Part shown: positions 19,423-28,689 of the stretch, piece after piece
How positions within the stretch are numbered: position 1 is the first letter of the stretch
Layout: each line of letters begins with the position of its first letter
NCBI GenBank assembly: GCA_041737355.1
Contig: JBGSRW010000009.1
Span: 5,323-69,322 of the forward strand
Reading direction: 5' to 3'
Source: Patescibacteria group bacterium
GTDB lineage: Bacteria > Patescibacteriota > Patescibacteriia > XYB2-FULL-38-15
DNA: 64,000 nt
Translations under genes and position numbers: made by a program
Notes under the pieces: model-generated
The model's database searches: none
Seen by the model: only the letters and a program-made list of their open reading frames with translations
Told to the model about the DNA's origin: nothing

Positions 19423-19776
19423 ATGGATAAAAATGAAGTAGACAACTATTTAAAGAACAAAACGGTTCTTCACCCTGCCATTTTGAAAGTATGGGAAGAA
19501 CTTTCTGACAGGGGAGCATTAAAAGGACTTTCTGATGATGAGGTTTTGGAGGTTGTGGTCTCCGTTTGTGAGGGGTTGATAAAAAGCAAGGGCGGGAATC
19601 TCGATTATAACGGAGGGAAACCTTTTGATGAATCGGATATTCCTACGGAGTTTTACATGCACGAATCTGACCCGGAAAATTCTGTAAAATTTACAAAAGA
19701 GCAAACCGACCAAGTGAATGAGTATGTAAAGAACCATCCCGACGAGGGGCTTTGGAAAATCGCCTACGACGAGTAA
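19423..19776 (+). CDS. Small acidic hypothetical protein (inside the repeat-bounded insert)
   Basis: 117-aa D/E-rich ORF with no recognisable domain. Confidence 0.4.
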   Translation: MDKNEVDNYLKNKTVLHPAILKVWEELSDRGALKGLSDDEVLEVVVSVCEGLIKSKGGNLDYNGGKPFDESDIPTEFYMHESDPENSVKFTKEQTDQVNEYVKNHPDEGLWKIAYDE

Positions 19777-19965
19777 AGAAGTGTTGAAAGGTATTATTTA
19801 GAGGTTTTAGGGCTATCGCCTCGCTGGCGAAGGATTTATAGGGCAAAGTGGGGCTGGTGGTGTAACGGAGGAGGACTTAGTTCGTCAAAAGGAGTAGAAA
19901 CCACCTGGGCGAGGTATCTGGACGATATACAAGTAAGACGGACAGTTAGCAGCCCTTCCGGACTC

Positions 19966-19994
19966 TTGACAAATTCCTGAAAATGTGGTATAGT
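19966..19994 (+). promoter_or_regulatory. Sigma70-type promoter (TTGACA-17-TATAGT) followed by a roughly 110-nt structured leader
   Basis: cTTGACAaattcctgaaaatgtggTATAGT; the leader contains a long stem gggtaaggatt...aatccttatcc and the hairpin gcgtttcacaagaacgc. Confidence 0.55.
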
Positions 19995-20119
19995 AATTAA
20001 ATATGCGTAAATCTTGTGTCATAATAACTTCTAATAGGGTAAGGATTGGCTCGGCTGAAAGGTCGGTCGCGTTTCACAAGAACGCTCGCAAATCCTTATC
20101 CGATTAGAGGTTTTTTGTT

Positions 20120-20431
20120 ATGAAGCGTGGCTATATAAGGGTATGGAGAAAAATTTTTGACAATCCCCTTTCGAATAAGCCAGCTTATATGTGGCTCTGG
20201 TTGTCGCTTTTGCTTTTAGTAAATCATAAATCAAAAGAGATTATGTGGAACGGCGAAATAATAATAATTAGGGAGGGACAACTTTTAACTGGCAGGAAGG
20301 AATTATCAAGACAAACTGGTATTCCTGAGTCAACTATTGAGGATATTTTAAAAACGCTCGAAAAGCTGAAGGAAGTCAACCCCGAGAATCAGAAGTTGGA
20401 AGAACTGGAGGAAAGAATAAAAAATATTTAG
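20120..20431 (+). CDS. Winged-HTH replication-initiator/replisome-organiser N-terminal-domain-like fragment fused in frame to repeat copy 2
   Basis: Pattern AYMWLWLSLLLLVNHKSKEIMWNGEIIIIREGQLLTGRKELSRQTGIPESTIEDILKTL resembles plasmid/phage Rep or DnaD-type N-terminal wHTH; the last 27 aa are identical to the TPR protein C-terminus. Confidence 0.4.
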   Translation: MKRGYIRVWRKIFDNPLSNKPAYMWLWLSLLLLVNHKSKEIMWNGEIIIIREGQLLTGRKELSRQTGIPESTIEDILKTLEKLKEVNPENQKLEELEERIKNI

Positions 20432-20434
20432 AAA
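20350..20434 (+). repeat. 85-bp direct repeat, copy 2
   Basis: See copy 1 at 19334-19418. Confidence 0.85.
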
Positions 20435-20491
20435 ATGTAAATTTCGGGAAGAAAGATTTTTTGGTTTTTCCCGGCAAAGATTAAGGATTTT

Positions 20492-20567
20492 GCCGTTGTA
20501 GCTCAGCTGGTAGAGCAACTCCATGGTAAGGAGTAGGTCGCCGGTTCAATTCCGGCCAACGGCTCCA
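20492..20567 (+). tRNA. tRNA-Thr (anticodon GGU)
   Basis: Cloverleaf: GCCGTTG acceptor stem, anticodon loop aTGGTaa, GGTTCAATTCC T-arm, CCA encoded. Confidence 0.85.
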
Positions 20568-20619
20568 TTCTATCGTAAAATTGAAAAACTCTGCGTAAAA
20601 GTAGGGGAAGCCAAAGCAT

Positions 20620-20702
20620 GGGCAGGTACCGAAGTAGTCAAACGGGGCAGACTGTAAATCTGCTGGCTTACGCCTTCCAAGGTGCAAATCCTTGCCTGCC
20701 CA
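20620..20702 (+). tRNA. tRNA-Tyr (anticodon GUA)
   Basis: GGGCAGG acceptor stem, anticodon loop cTGTAaa, long variable arm, TGCAAATCC T-loop. Confidence 0.8.
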
Positions 20703-20705
20703 TTT

Positions 20706-20778
20706 GCCAGCGTAGCTCAGTTGGCAGAGCAACGGTTTTGTAAACCGTAGGTCGTCGGTTCAAATCCGACCGCTGGCT
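20706..20778 (+). tRNA. tRNA-Thr (anticodon UGU)
   Basis: GCCAGCG acceptor stem, anticodon loop tTTGTaa, GGTTCAAATCC T-arm. Confidence 0.85.
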
Positions 20779-20803
20779 TTTGAGATTAATACATTAAAAT
20801 TTT

Positions 20804-20959
20804 ATGTCCCAGGAAAATTTAATCAAATTAGAATGTTCGGTCTGTAAACGGGTCAATTATTTTTCGCACAAAAATAAAAAGACATTGAAAAACAGACTGG
20901 AGATGAAGAAACATTGCAAGTGGTGCAAGAAGCACACGCCGCATAAGGAAACTAAATAG
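20804..20959 (+). CDS. rpmG: 50S ribosomal protein L33 (51 aa; below the ORF-track cutoff)
   Basis: Translation MSQENLIKLECSVCKRVNYFSHKNKKTLKNRLEMKKHCKWCKKHTPHKETK carries the L33 CxxC...CxxC zinc-ribbon signature. Confidence 0.8.
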   Translation: MSQENLIKLECSVCKRVNYFSHKNKKTLKNRLEMKKHCKWCKKHTPHKETK

Positions 20960-20997
20960 CAGGGCGCCCGGAAAGGGGCGTAAGGCATTTTTTTAGT

Positions 20998-22551
20998 ATG
21001 TCCGAGCCGGTAAAGCAAGAAATACTCAGGTTCCCGAACCTTATTGTTTTTATAAGCAGTTTTTGCTTAATGGTTTTGGAACTTGTAGCCGGAAGATTAA
21101 TGGCGCCGTATTTAGGCGTCTCTCTTTATACTTGGACAAGTATCATAGGAATAATTTTGGCCGGTATAAGTTTGGGAAATTATCTGGGCGGCAGAGCGGC
21201 TGACGGAAATTTAAGGAAAAAAACCCTGGGTTCGGTTTTTTTGCTCGCCGGAGTAGCTAGCGCTTCGGTTCTTTATCTTGTGCCGACCGTCGGATTGATT
21301 TTGGGAAGAATGAGCATTCCTCTTTCCGCTTCGACTTTTATTTTTTCCCTGGTAATTTTTTTCCCCGCGAGTTTTTTTCTCGGATGCATCTCTCCGATGG
21401 TCGTTAAATTTAATTTAAAAAATCTCGACGAGACAGGCCGGACAGTCGGAAAGATTTACGCATTTGGGTCGCTCGGGAGCATTCTCGGAACTTTCGCCAC
21501 GGGTTTTTTGTTTATCGCTTATCTGGGTACAAAATTTGTTGTTATCGGAGTTGCGGCGATTTTAATTTTGCTCGGGCTTTTGATTATCGGATCCCCGAAA
21601 GCGATGGCCGGGAAAAAAACAAATATAGTTTTGGGTTTAATTTTTTTAGGAAGCTTTTGGATTCCCGGTAATTGCGTCAGGGAGACCAACTATTATTGCA
21701 TCAGCACGAGACCGGTAGTCGCCGATGACAGGTCGCAGGGATTTATTTTGAAGCTGGACCACCTTATTCACAGTTTTGTCTATCCGGGACGGGAGGATAT
21801 TTTGACTTACGATTACGAAAAATTATATAAATTTTTGACCGATTACTGGATTAATAAAAGCGGCCGGGAAGAATTCGGGGCATTATTCCTCGGGGGCGGG
21901 GGATACACGCTGCCCAGATATTTCGACAAATTTTATTCGGGAGGAACTCTGGAGGTAGCTGAAATTGATCCGGAGGTGACAAATTTTAATTTTGACGAGA
22001 TGGGGCTTGATCCGGGGACAAGGATAAAAAGTATTAATAAGGACGCGAGAATTTTTTTGCAGCAATTGCCGTCGGATAGAAAATATGATTTAATTTTCGG
22101 AGACGCCTTTAACGATTTCGCCGTGCCTTATCACCTGACAACGCTTGAATTTGCCGGAGTTATCAAAGATCATCTGGCACCCGGAGGTTTTTACGCCGTA
22201 AATGTCGTAGACAATTATCAGTACGGGAGGTTTGCCAGTTCTCTTATTAAAACCCTGGAAGACGTTTTTCCAAACGTATATCTTGCTCCGATGGCCGCCG
22301 AATGGGAAAAAAACGGGCGCAATACTTTCGTGATATTGGCTGGAGAAGAAAAAATAGATTCCGAAAAATGGAATAAAGTTTTGGAAAAACTTCAGTCCGA
22401 GGGGAAATATAATAATTTGGAAAAAGTCAGCTTTTTGGCTCCCGAAGAAGAGGTTCGGCAATTTTTGGAAGATAAAAAGGCGATTATCCTTACCGATGAT
22501 TATGTCCCGACCGATAATTTGCTGGCGCCGGTTTTTAATAGTTATTACTAA
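20998..22551 (+). CDS. Spermidine synthase-like aminopropyltransferase fused to an N-terminal multi-TM domain
   Basis: N-terminal 6-7 TM helices, then a SpeE-type methyltransferase fold (LFLGGGGYTLPRY, VAEIDPEV, GDAF). Confidence 0.7.
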   Translation: MSEPVKQEILRFPNLIVFISSFCLMVLELVAGRLMAPYLGVSLYTWTSIIGIILAGISLGNYLGGRAADGNLRKKTLGSVFLLAGVASASVLYLVPTVGLILGRMSIPLSASTFIFSLVIFFPASFFLGCISPMVVKFNLKNLDETGRTVGKIYAFGSLGSILGTFATGFLFIAYLGTKFVVIGVAAILILLGLLIIGSPKAMAGKKTNIVLGLIFLGSFWIPGNCVRETNYYCISTRPVVADDRSQGFILKLDHLIHSFVYPGREDILTYDYEKLYKFLTDYWINKSGREEFGALFLGGGGYTLPRYFDKFYSGGTLEVAEIDPEVTNFNFDEMGLDPGTRIKSINKDARIFLQQLPSDRKYDLIFGDAFNDFAVPYHLTTLEFAGVIKDHLAPGGFYAVNVVDNYQYGRFASSLIKTLEDVFPNVYLAPMAAEWEKNGRNTFVILAGEEKIDSEKWNKVLEKLQSEGKYNNLEKVSFLAPEEEVRQFLEDKKAIILTDDYVPTDNLLAPVFNSYY

Positions 22552-22558
22552 TTTTTTA

Positions 22559-22632
22559 GGGGGTGTAGTTCAGTGGTAGAACACTGGTCTCCAAAACCAG
22601 GGATGAGGGTTCGATTCCTTCCGCCCCCGCCA
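22559..22632 (+). tRNA. tRNA-Trp (anticodon CCA)
   Basis: Acceptor stem GGGGGTG/CGCCCCC, anticodon loop cTCCAaa, T-arm GAGGGTTCGATTCCTTC, CCA encoded. Confidence 0.85.
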
Positions 22633-22660
22633 TGAAAATAATAATTTTAGGGTTCTGAAT

Positions 22661-23446
22661 ATGAAAAAAAATTGGTTGATTGCCGCGATAATAGCGTCTT
22701 TACTTTTTCAGGTCGGGGTGGTAAGCGCTGCTACTTCAGGAGAAGCAAAACAAAATTGGCTTGCCGAAAAACAGGCGCGAATTGAGGCCGACGCCGCCTA
22801 CCGTCAAGCGCAGCTTGATTACGCCGCCAATAAGACGTCGGAAAATGAACAAAAAATTGTTGATACGGCTAAAACGGTGCTTGGCGCCGCTCTTGACGAA
22901 GCGGAAGCTTGGCTAAATTGGAAAAAAGCCGAATCGGAAGAAGATACAGCTGTTCCTGAAAATATTAGACAGAATATCGTGAATGACGTTGTAAAAAATC
23001 TTGCTAAAATAGACGGTCTAAGAGAGGAGGTCAGCGGGATCGAAACGAGGCTCGAGGTCGGTACGGTTTTTCTTAAGATACTCGGCGCTTATGTCGAATT
23101 GTTGGTCGATGTTGCCAGAAATACAGGCGCCGCTTGGACATACATTGCATATCAAAGGGCCGGAGTAGCCGCTGATTATGAAACTAAATTGCGTACGGCG
23201 GCGGAAAAGTTGGATAATAATAATGAAATCATCGCCAAGCTGGATATCGTTAAGGCGGAAATCTCCCTAGCTAAAAATAAGATTAATACGGCCGAAGCCT
23301 CTTACGAAAAAGTTTTTTTACCCGGAACGCCTTTGATCAAATTTTCAGAGGGCAACGGCTATTTGAGACAGGCTAGGGAAAACCTTATTAACGCCCATTT
23401 TCAGCTTACGCGCGCTTTTGATTTGATTGTTTTAGAAAACAAATAA
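22661..23446 (+). CDS. Secreted hypothetical protein
   Basis: Signal peptide (LFQVGVVSAATS), Ala/Glu-rich helical product. Confidence 0.4.
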   Translation: MKKNWLIAAIIASLLFQVGVVSAATSGEAKQNWLAEKQARIEADAAYRQAQLDYAANKTSENEQKIVDTAKTVLGAALDEAEAWLNWKKAESEEDTAVPENIRQNIVNDVVKNLAKIDGLREEVSGIETRLEVGTVFLKILGAYVELLVDVARNTGAAWTYIAYQRAGVAADYETKLRTAAEKLDNNNEIIAKLDIVKAEISLAKNKINTAEASYEKVFLPGTPLIKFSEGNGYLRQARENLINAHFQLTRAFDLIVLENK

Positions 23447-23459
23447 GGTAATTTAAAAT

Positions 23460-23708
23460 ATGAAAAAACAAATAATTATTTCAGCAGTTATCATAGTCGC
23501 CGGTCTTATTTTAGCCGGAGCTGGTTGCGGCACTGGGGACGGAGAGAAAATAATTAATGGACAAGAAGAAAAAACAACGGGTACCGAAAAAGAAATAAAA
23601 AAAGACGATATAAACGTTAATTCTGGAGTCACCCAGGAGGAGCTGGACAGACTGAAGGCCGATATTGAAGGTATGGAATACGAAGATTTAAATGGTTTAA
23701 AAAAATAA
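23460..23708 (+). CDS. Small putative lipoprotein
   Basis: Signal peptide ending AGAGCG (lipobox-like). Confidence 0.4.
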   Translation: MKKQIIISAVIIVAGLILAGAGCGTGDGEKIINGQEEKTTGTEKEIKKDDINVNSGVTQEELDRLKADIEGMEYEDLNGLKK

Positions 23709-23754
23709 ACCCGAATCGTTTTAAGGGTTAGAATTTAATAAATTAATTTATTTT

Positions 23755-24411
23755 ATGTCCAAAAAAATTATTTTTTTGCTTTTTGCCGGGGTTTTGGTTC
23801 TGGCCGGCGCCGGCTGCCAGGGGGAGGAAAAGAAACAAACAAACGAAAACAATGAAAACGCCCAGGTTATTAATGGGAATGTGAATGAGAATGCCGGAAA
23901 TGTTAACGCCGAAGAAGAAATCGTCAGTCCGGAAGAGGAAGATACGGTTCCGACGGCTGGCGGCGTCAATTTCACTTCTTATACAAACAAGTCGGTTGGC
24001 TATACGATTGACCGGCCCGAGAAATGGTATTGGCAGCATTCAACCCAGAAGGAAATAGGGGAAGCCATGCCAGGCGTGGAAGATTTATTTGTCACCGATC
24101 CAAACCCGTTGACGCGGCTTGGTTCGGAATATCTTGGCAGGATTGTCATTGAAGTTTCGAGAAAGAGCTTGGATGAATTGGCTGTAAATATTTCCGACCT
24201 CGTCTCGAGCGAAGTGACTGTCGGAGGCGCGGCGGCAAAGAAATTTGAAGGCACTCGCGACAACGAGATGGTCCAAAACCAGAAAGTCATTGCCTATCAT
24301 TTTGAAAAGGATGGCAGAACTTTCAGAATTGTCTACACTAAAATAAAAAGTACCTCGGAAGAAGAAGCGGTTTTTGAGCACCTGGTTTCAAGCTTAAGCT
24401 TTGCCAGATAA
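23755..24411 (+). CDS. Putative lipoprotein, hypothetical
   Basis: Signal peptide with LAGAGC lipobox. Confidence 0.4.
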   Translation: MSKKIIFLLFAGVLVLAGAGCQGEEKKQTNENNENAQVINGNVNENAGNVNAEEEIVSPEEEDTVPTAGGVNFTSYTNKSVGYTIDRPEKWYWQHSTQKEIGEAMPGVEDLFVTDPNPLTRLGSEYLGRIVIEVSRKSLDELAVNISDLVSSEVTVGGAAAKKFEGTRDNEMVQNQKVIAYHFEKDGRTFRIVYTKIKSTSEEEAVFEHLVSSLSFAR

Positions 24412-24424
24412 CTTAATATAAGTT

Positions 24425-24458
24425 AAAAGCCTCCGGAAATTTCCGGAGGCTTTTAGTT
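24425..24458 (+). terminator. Intrinsic terminator
   Basis: aaaagcctccggaaatttccggaggctttt perfect hairpin plus T-run. Confidence 0.8.
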
Positions 24459-24548
24459 ATCCACAAGAGGGCGGTTGACCGCCGCTTGGCTTGGCCGTAT
24501 AATGAAAAGTACGATAAATCATACTTTTCAAATTTAATTATAAAAAAT

Positions 24549-24797
24549 ATGGCACATTTTTCACCGAACGATTTCAAATTTTACGGGCTGACGACCGTAG
24601 GCGAGCGCGGACAGATCGTTATTCCCAAGGAAGTCAGGGATGTAGTGGGCGTTAAGGCGGGGGACAAGTTTTTTATTTTTGCCCATGATGATGAAATAAT
24701 GGCGATGATTAAGCCGGAGAAATTTAATTCCCTGATTAAGGAGATGTCCGGCGTCCTCGAAAAGATAAAAAAAGTCAACAAGACCAAAAGCGTATAA
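24549..24797 (+). CDS. AbrB/MazE/SpoVT-family swapped-hairpin DNA-binding protein
   Basis: GQIVIPKEVRDVVGVKAGDKFFIF motif. Confidence 0.6.
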   Translation: MAHFSPNDFKFYGLTTVGERGQIVIPKEVRDVVGVKAGDKFFIFAHDDEIMAMIKPEKFNSLIKEMSGVLEKIKKVNKTKSV

Positions 24798-24835
24798 AAT
24801 GGTATAATAAAATAATAAAAATAATCGATAAATTT

Positions 24836-26701
24836 ATGAGGGGGATCCTAATTTTTTTCAAATCTTTACTTAAGAAAAAGTCTTTTTGGATTATACTGAT
24901 ATTGCTTCTGGCCGGAGGAGGATATATCGCGGCAAAAACCATGCAGAGCCAGAAGGTTGAATACGTTACCGAAGACGTCAAAATGGGGGATATCAGGCAA
25001 ACAGTTTCGGCGACGGGCACACTTACAAGTTCCGACAAAATAGAATTGAATTTTAAGGTAGCGGGAACGCTTAAGGAGATTCTTGTTTCGGAGGGAGATC
25101 AGGTTTCCTCCGGGCAAATTCTCGCTAAGCTCGACGCAAGAAACGCGGAGATTCAAGTTAAGCAGGCCCAGGCCAATTTGGCTTCCGCCGCCGCTAATTT
25201 GAATAAACTGCTCGCTGGCGCAAGCTTGGAAGACGTTAAAATTTCCCAGGAGTCGGTTAACAACGCGAAGATTGCCTACGAAAATGCCAAGAGGGATTAC
25301 GACGCCCTAGTTGCAAAGCTGAATAAGGACATCGAGACTTACGAAAAAAATATTTCAAACGCGGAAGTCTCCCTTGCGGACAGCCAGAAAAATTTGGCTA
25401 ATGCCGAAGTTACCTACCAACAAAACATTGTTAATGCCAAAAATAACGCCCTGACTTCCATCGAAACCAATTTGCTGACGGGCAATATTATTTTAGACAA
25501 TATCGCCCAAAATTTATCTATTGCCTCGGGGGCCAACGCCGACCAGCAAAAGATTAATCAGGCTGAGACATATAAGATTTTAGCCGTTGGAGAATTAGAA
25601 AAGGCAAAAAACGATCTGGCTTTGGCCAAGACGAGCGGGAAGATGGAAGATGCCTACAATGTTTTGAACGAAACGATTTCTGCCTTGAATAAAATTTTAA
25701 GTTCATTAACTTCCCTGATGGACGCCGTTTCCTCGGCCTCAGCGAGCAATTCTTCACAATTAGTCACTATTGAAACGATAAAAAACAGCGTAAAAGCCGA
25801 CCAGACATCTGTTTCGGCGGCTATATCTTCCGTCCAGTCGTCGCAGCAGTCTCTCTTGAACGCCGAAAACAGCTACCAGACTCAAATTGATACCTATCGG
25901 TCGGCGGTCAACGCGGCGAATAACAACTTGCTTACCGCCCGGACAAACCTTTCCGCCGCCCTAGCGGGCAAGGATGTTCAACTATCGGGAGCCAAAGCCG
26001 CAGTAGATAACGCTCTCGGCGCTTACAATTTGGCCAAGGCCCAATATGGTTACAAAGTGGCCGCGCCTCGTTCCTCGGATGTTTCTTTTTACAGATCGCA
26101 AGTAGCTCAATCCAGTGCCGCTCTTGATCTTGCCAAAAGCCAGCTTGACGAGTATACGCTTCTGGCGCCGACGGATGGAGCGATTACTTTCGTGAACTAT
26201 ACCGTTGGAGAACAGATAAACCAAAGCAAACCGGTCGTTGCCATGCTGGGGAAAAATAAATTTTATACCGAAGTTGATATCCCAGAATCCGACATCGTTA
26301 AAATAAAAGTCGGCAATCCGGTGGCAATTACCCTTGACGCCTACTCCGATGAAGTAAAATTTAATGGCAAGGTGTCCTTGGTTTATCCGGCTGAAACGGT
26401 AGTGCAGGACGTTGTTTATTATAAAGTTAAAGTGGAAATGGAAAATTCCGATTATGAAATTAAGTCCGGCATGACTGCAAACTGCGATATCCTCACCAGT
26501 CATAAGGAAAATGTTTTGCTGATGCCTTACCGGGCCCTTCAGGAAAAAGACGGCCGTAAATTCGTGCGTGTTATTTCAGTCGGCCAGCCGGTTGAAAAGA
26601 CAGTCGAAGTCGGCCTCCGGGGTGATGAGGGAGAAATAGAAATTGTTTCTGGGTTAGCGGCAGGGGAAAAAGTGATTGTTTTTGAAAAAACGGCTAAGTA
26701 G
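24836..26701 (+). CDS. HlyD/MacA-family periplasmic adaptor with very long coiled coil
   Basis: N-terminal TM, biotinyl/lipoyl-like half domains flanking a roughly 350-aa coiled coil, C-terminal beta-barrel region. Confidence 0.7.
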   Translation: MRGILIFFKSLLKKKSFWIILILLLAGGGYIAAKTMQSQKVEYVTEDVKMGDIRQTVSATGTLTSSDKIELNFKVAGTLKEILVSEGDQVSSGQILAKLDARNAEIQVKQAQANLASAAANLNKLLAGASLEDVKISQESVNNAKIAYENAKRDYDALVAKLNKDIETYEKNISNAEVSLADSQKNLANAEVTYQQNIVNAKNNALTSIETNLLTGNIILDNIAQNLSIASGANADQQKINQAETYKILAVGELEKAKNDLALAKTSGKMEDAYNVLNETISALNKILSSLTSLMDAVSSASASNSSQLVTIETIKNSVKADQTSVSAAISSVQSSQQSLLNAENSYQTQIDTYRSAVNAANNNLLTARTNLSAALAGKDVQLSGAKAAVDNALGAYNLAKAQYGYKVAAPRSSDVSFYRSQVAQSSAALDLAKSQLDEYTLLAPTDGAITFVNYTVGEQINQSKPVVAMLGKNKFYTEVDIPESDIVKIKVGNPVAITLDAYSDEVKFNGKVSLVYPAETVVQDVVYYKVKVEMENSDYEIKSGMTANCDILTSHKENVLLMPYRALQEKDGRKFVRVISVGQPVEKTVEVGLRGDEGEIEIVSGLAAGEKVIVFEKTAK

Positions 26702-26709
26702 CAAATATA

Positions 26710-27441
26710 ATGGAAAAGACATTAATAAAGACGGTTCATCTTTGCAAGGATTACGACAACGACGGAGTTATTACCAAGGTTCTGCACCAGGTTGATCTGG
26801 AAATAAAATCCGGAGAATTCGTCGCGATCATGGGTCCGTCGGGTTCCGGAAAGTCGACCCTGATGCATATTTTAGGTTTTTTGGAGCGGCTAAGCTGCGG
26901 CCAATATTTTTTTGACGGCCAAGACAGCAGTAAATTGACGGATGACGAATTGGCTGTGATAAGAAATGAAAAAGTCGGTTTTATTTTTCAGTCTTTTAAT
27001 CTTCTTCCCAAAACTTCGGTTTACGATAATGTCCGGCTGCCTCTTCTTTATGACGATAAAAAAAGAATAAAAAACCACAACGACGCGATCAAGGAAGCTA
27101 TTATGGCGGTCGGCCTTTATCATCGTATAGGTAATCTTTCAAACCAGCTTTCGGGTGGCGAAAAGCAAAGAGTAGCCATTGCCAGAGCCCTTGTTACGAG
27201 GCCGGAAGTCATTTTTGCCGATGAACCGACCGGGAATCTCGATTCAAAGAGCGGCAAACTTGTTATGGAAATTCTTCAGGATTTAAACGAAAAAGGGAAA
27301 ACTATTGTTCTGGTTACTCACGAAAAGTATACCGCCGAACACGCGAGGCGTATTATCAAAGTTGTGGACGGGTCAATCAGTGATGATTTCGAGGTAAAGC
27401 AAAGATTGCTGGCGAAAGAGGAAAATGATCTAATAAAATAG
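26710..27441 (+). CDS. ABC transporter ATP-binding protein (MacB/LolD type)
   Basis: Walker [10 protein letters not shown], signature LSGGEKQR, Walker [12 protein letters not shown]. Confidence 0.9.
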   Translation: MEKTLIKTVHLCKDYDNDGVITKVLHQVDLEIKSGEFVAIMGPSGSGKSTLMHILGFLERLSCGQYFFDGQDSSKLTDDELAVIRNEKVGFIFQSFNLLPKTSVYDNVRLPLLYDDKKRIKNHNDAIKEAIMAVGLYHRIGNLSNQLSGGEKQRVAIARALVTRPEVIFADEPTGNLDSKSGKLVMEILQDLNEKGKTIVLVTHEKYTAEHARRIIKVVDGSISDDFEVKQRLLAKEENDLIK

Positions 27442-27447
27442 AAAAAC

Positions 27448-28689
27448 ATGGATTGGAAATCAACAATCAGAATTGCTTACATCGGCCTTAAAACAAAAAA
27501 ATCCCGAACATTTATGACAATGCTCGGGATAATTATTGGTATCGCCTCGGTGATTATAATTATTTCGGTCGGTTCCGGAGCCCAAAGTCTGATTTTAAAT
27601 CAGGTAAAAAGCATGGGTTCGAATCTGATAGGCGTTATGCCCGGCGCCTCGGAAGAAGCCGGCCCGCCCCCTTCGGCCATGGGGATTGTCGAAACCAGTC
27701 TGAAAGGGGCGGATATGGACTCATTGCTGGAAAACAATAATGTCCCCAACGCCGTTGCCGTGACTTACGAAAATAGGGGCGTAGGAACATTGCAGTGGCG
27801 GGAAAATAAATATGACGGGACTTTTATCGGCACGACGGCAAGTTACCCGGAAGTTCATGATTTCGAAGTCGGAAGAGGCCGTTTCTTCAATAAAGACGAA
27901 GAAAAAGACCTGGCCAGGGTTGTTGTTTTGGGTGCCGATGTTGCGCAAGAATTATTCGGGAACAACGATCCCTTGAATCAGAATATAAAAATTAAGAAAG
28001 AAGAGTTCAGAGTTGTCGGTGTAATCGTAAAAAGGGGAACGGTAACTTTCCAAAATCAAGACAGCCTAGTTTTTATTCCGAGTTCTACGTGCCAGAAGAT
28101 AATGCTGGGGATTGATTACGTTTCTTTGGGCAGGGTCAAAATTGATGTCGAAGAGAATACCAAACAGGCGGTGGAAGATATTAAAAGAGTTTTGCGGGAA
28201 AGGCACAGCCTGGACAAAGATGAGCCGGATGATTTTTCAGTCAGGGCTCAAACGCAGGCTATTGAAATTTTTTCGTCCATAACCGATTCCCTGACTTATT
28301 TTTTGGCGGCCATAGCCGCCATTTCTCTTTTGGTCGGCGGGATCGGTATTATGAATATTATGCTGGTTGCCGTAGTGGAACGAACGAGGGAAGTCGGATT
28401 GCGTAAGGCTCTGGGTGCTAAAAACCGCAATATCTTAAGTCAGTTTTTAGCCGAGTCGGTAGTCGTAACCTTAAGCGGGGGAGTCGTCGGGGTAATTTTC
28501 GGAGTAATATTTTCTTTTCTTGTCTCGGTGGTGGCCAGGCAGCTGGGATATGAGTGGGATTTTGTTATTTCATATGTGGCGATTTTTTTATCCTGCGCCA
28601 TTTCTATTTTGATAGGATTGGTGTTCGGCGTTTATCCGGCGCGGAAAGCCGCGAAACTTAACCCAATCGAGGCATTGCGTTATGAGTAG
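27448..28689 (+). CDS. ABC transporter permease, MacB/FtsX type
   Basis: N-terminal TM, large periplasmic domain, C-terminal FtsX-like 3 TM segments. Confidence 0.8.
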   Translation: MDWKSTIRIAYIGLKTKKSRTFMTMLGIIIGIASVIIIISVGSGAQSLILNQVKSMGSNLIGVMPGASEEAGPPPSAMGIVETSLKGADMDSLLENNNVPNAVAVTYENRGVGTLQWRENKYDGTFIGTTASYPEVHDFEVGRGRFFNKDEEKDLARVVVLGADVAQELFGNNDPLNQNIKIKKEEFRVVGVIVKRGTVTFQNQDSLVFIPSSTCQKIMLGIDYVSLGRVKIDVEENTKQAVEDIKRVLRERHSLDKDEPDDFSVRAQTQAIEIFSSITDSLTYFLAAIAAISLLVGGIGIMNIMLVAVVERTREVGLRKALGAKNRNILSQFLAESVVVTLSGGVVGVIFGVIFSFLVSVVARQLGYEWDFVISYVAIFLSCAISILIGLVFGVYPARKAAKLNPIEALRYE

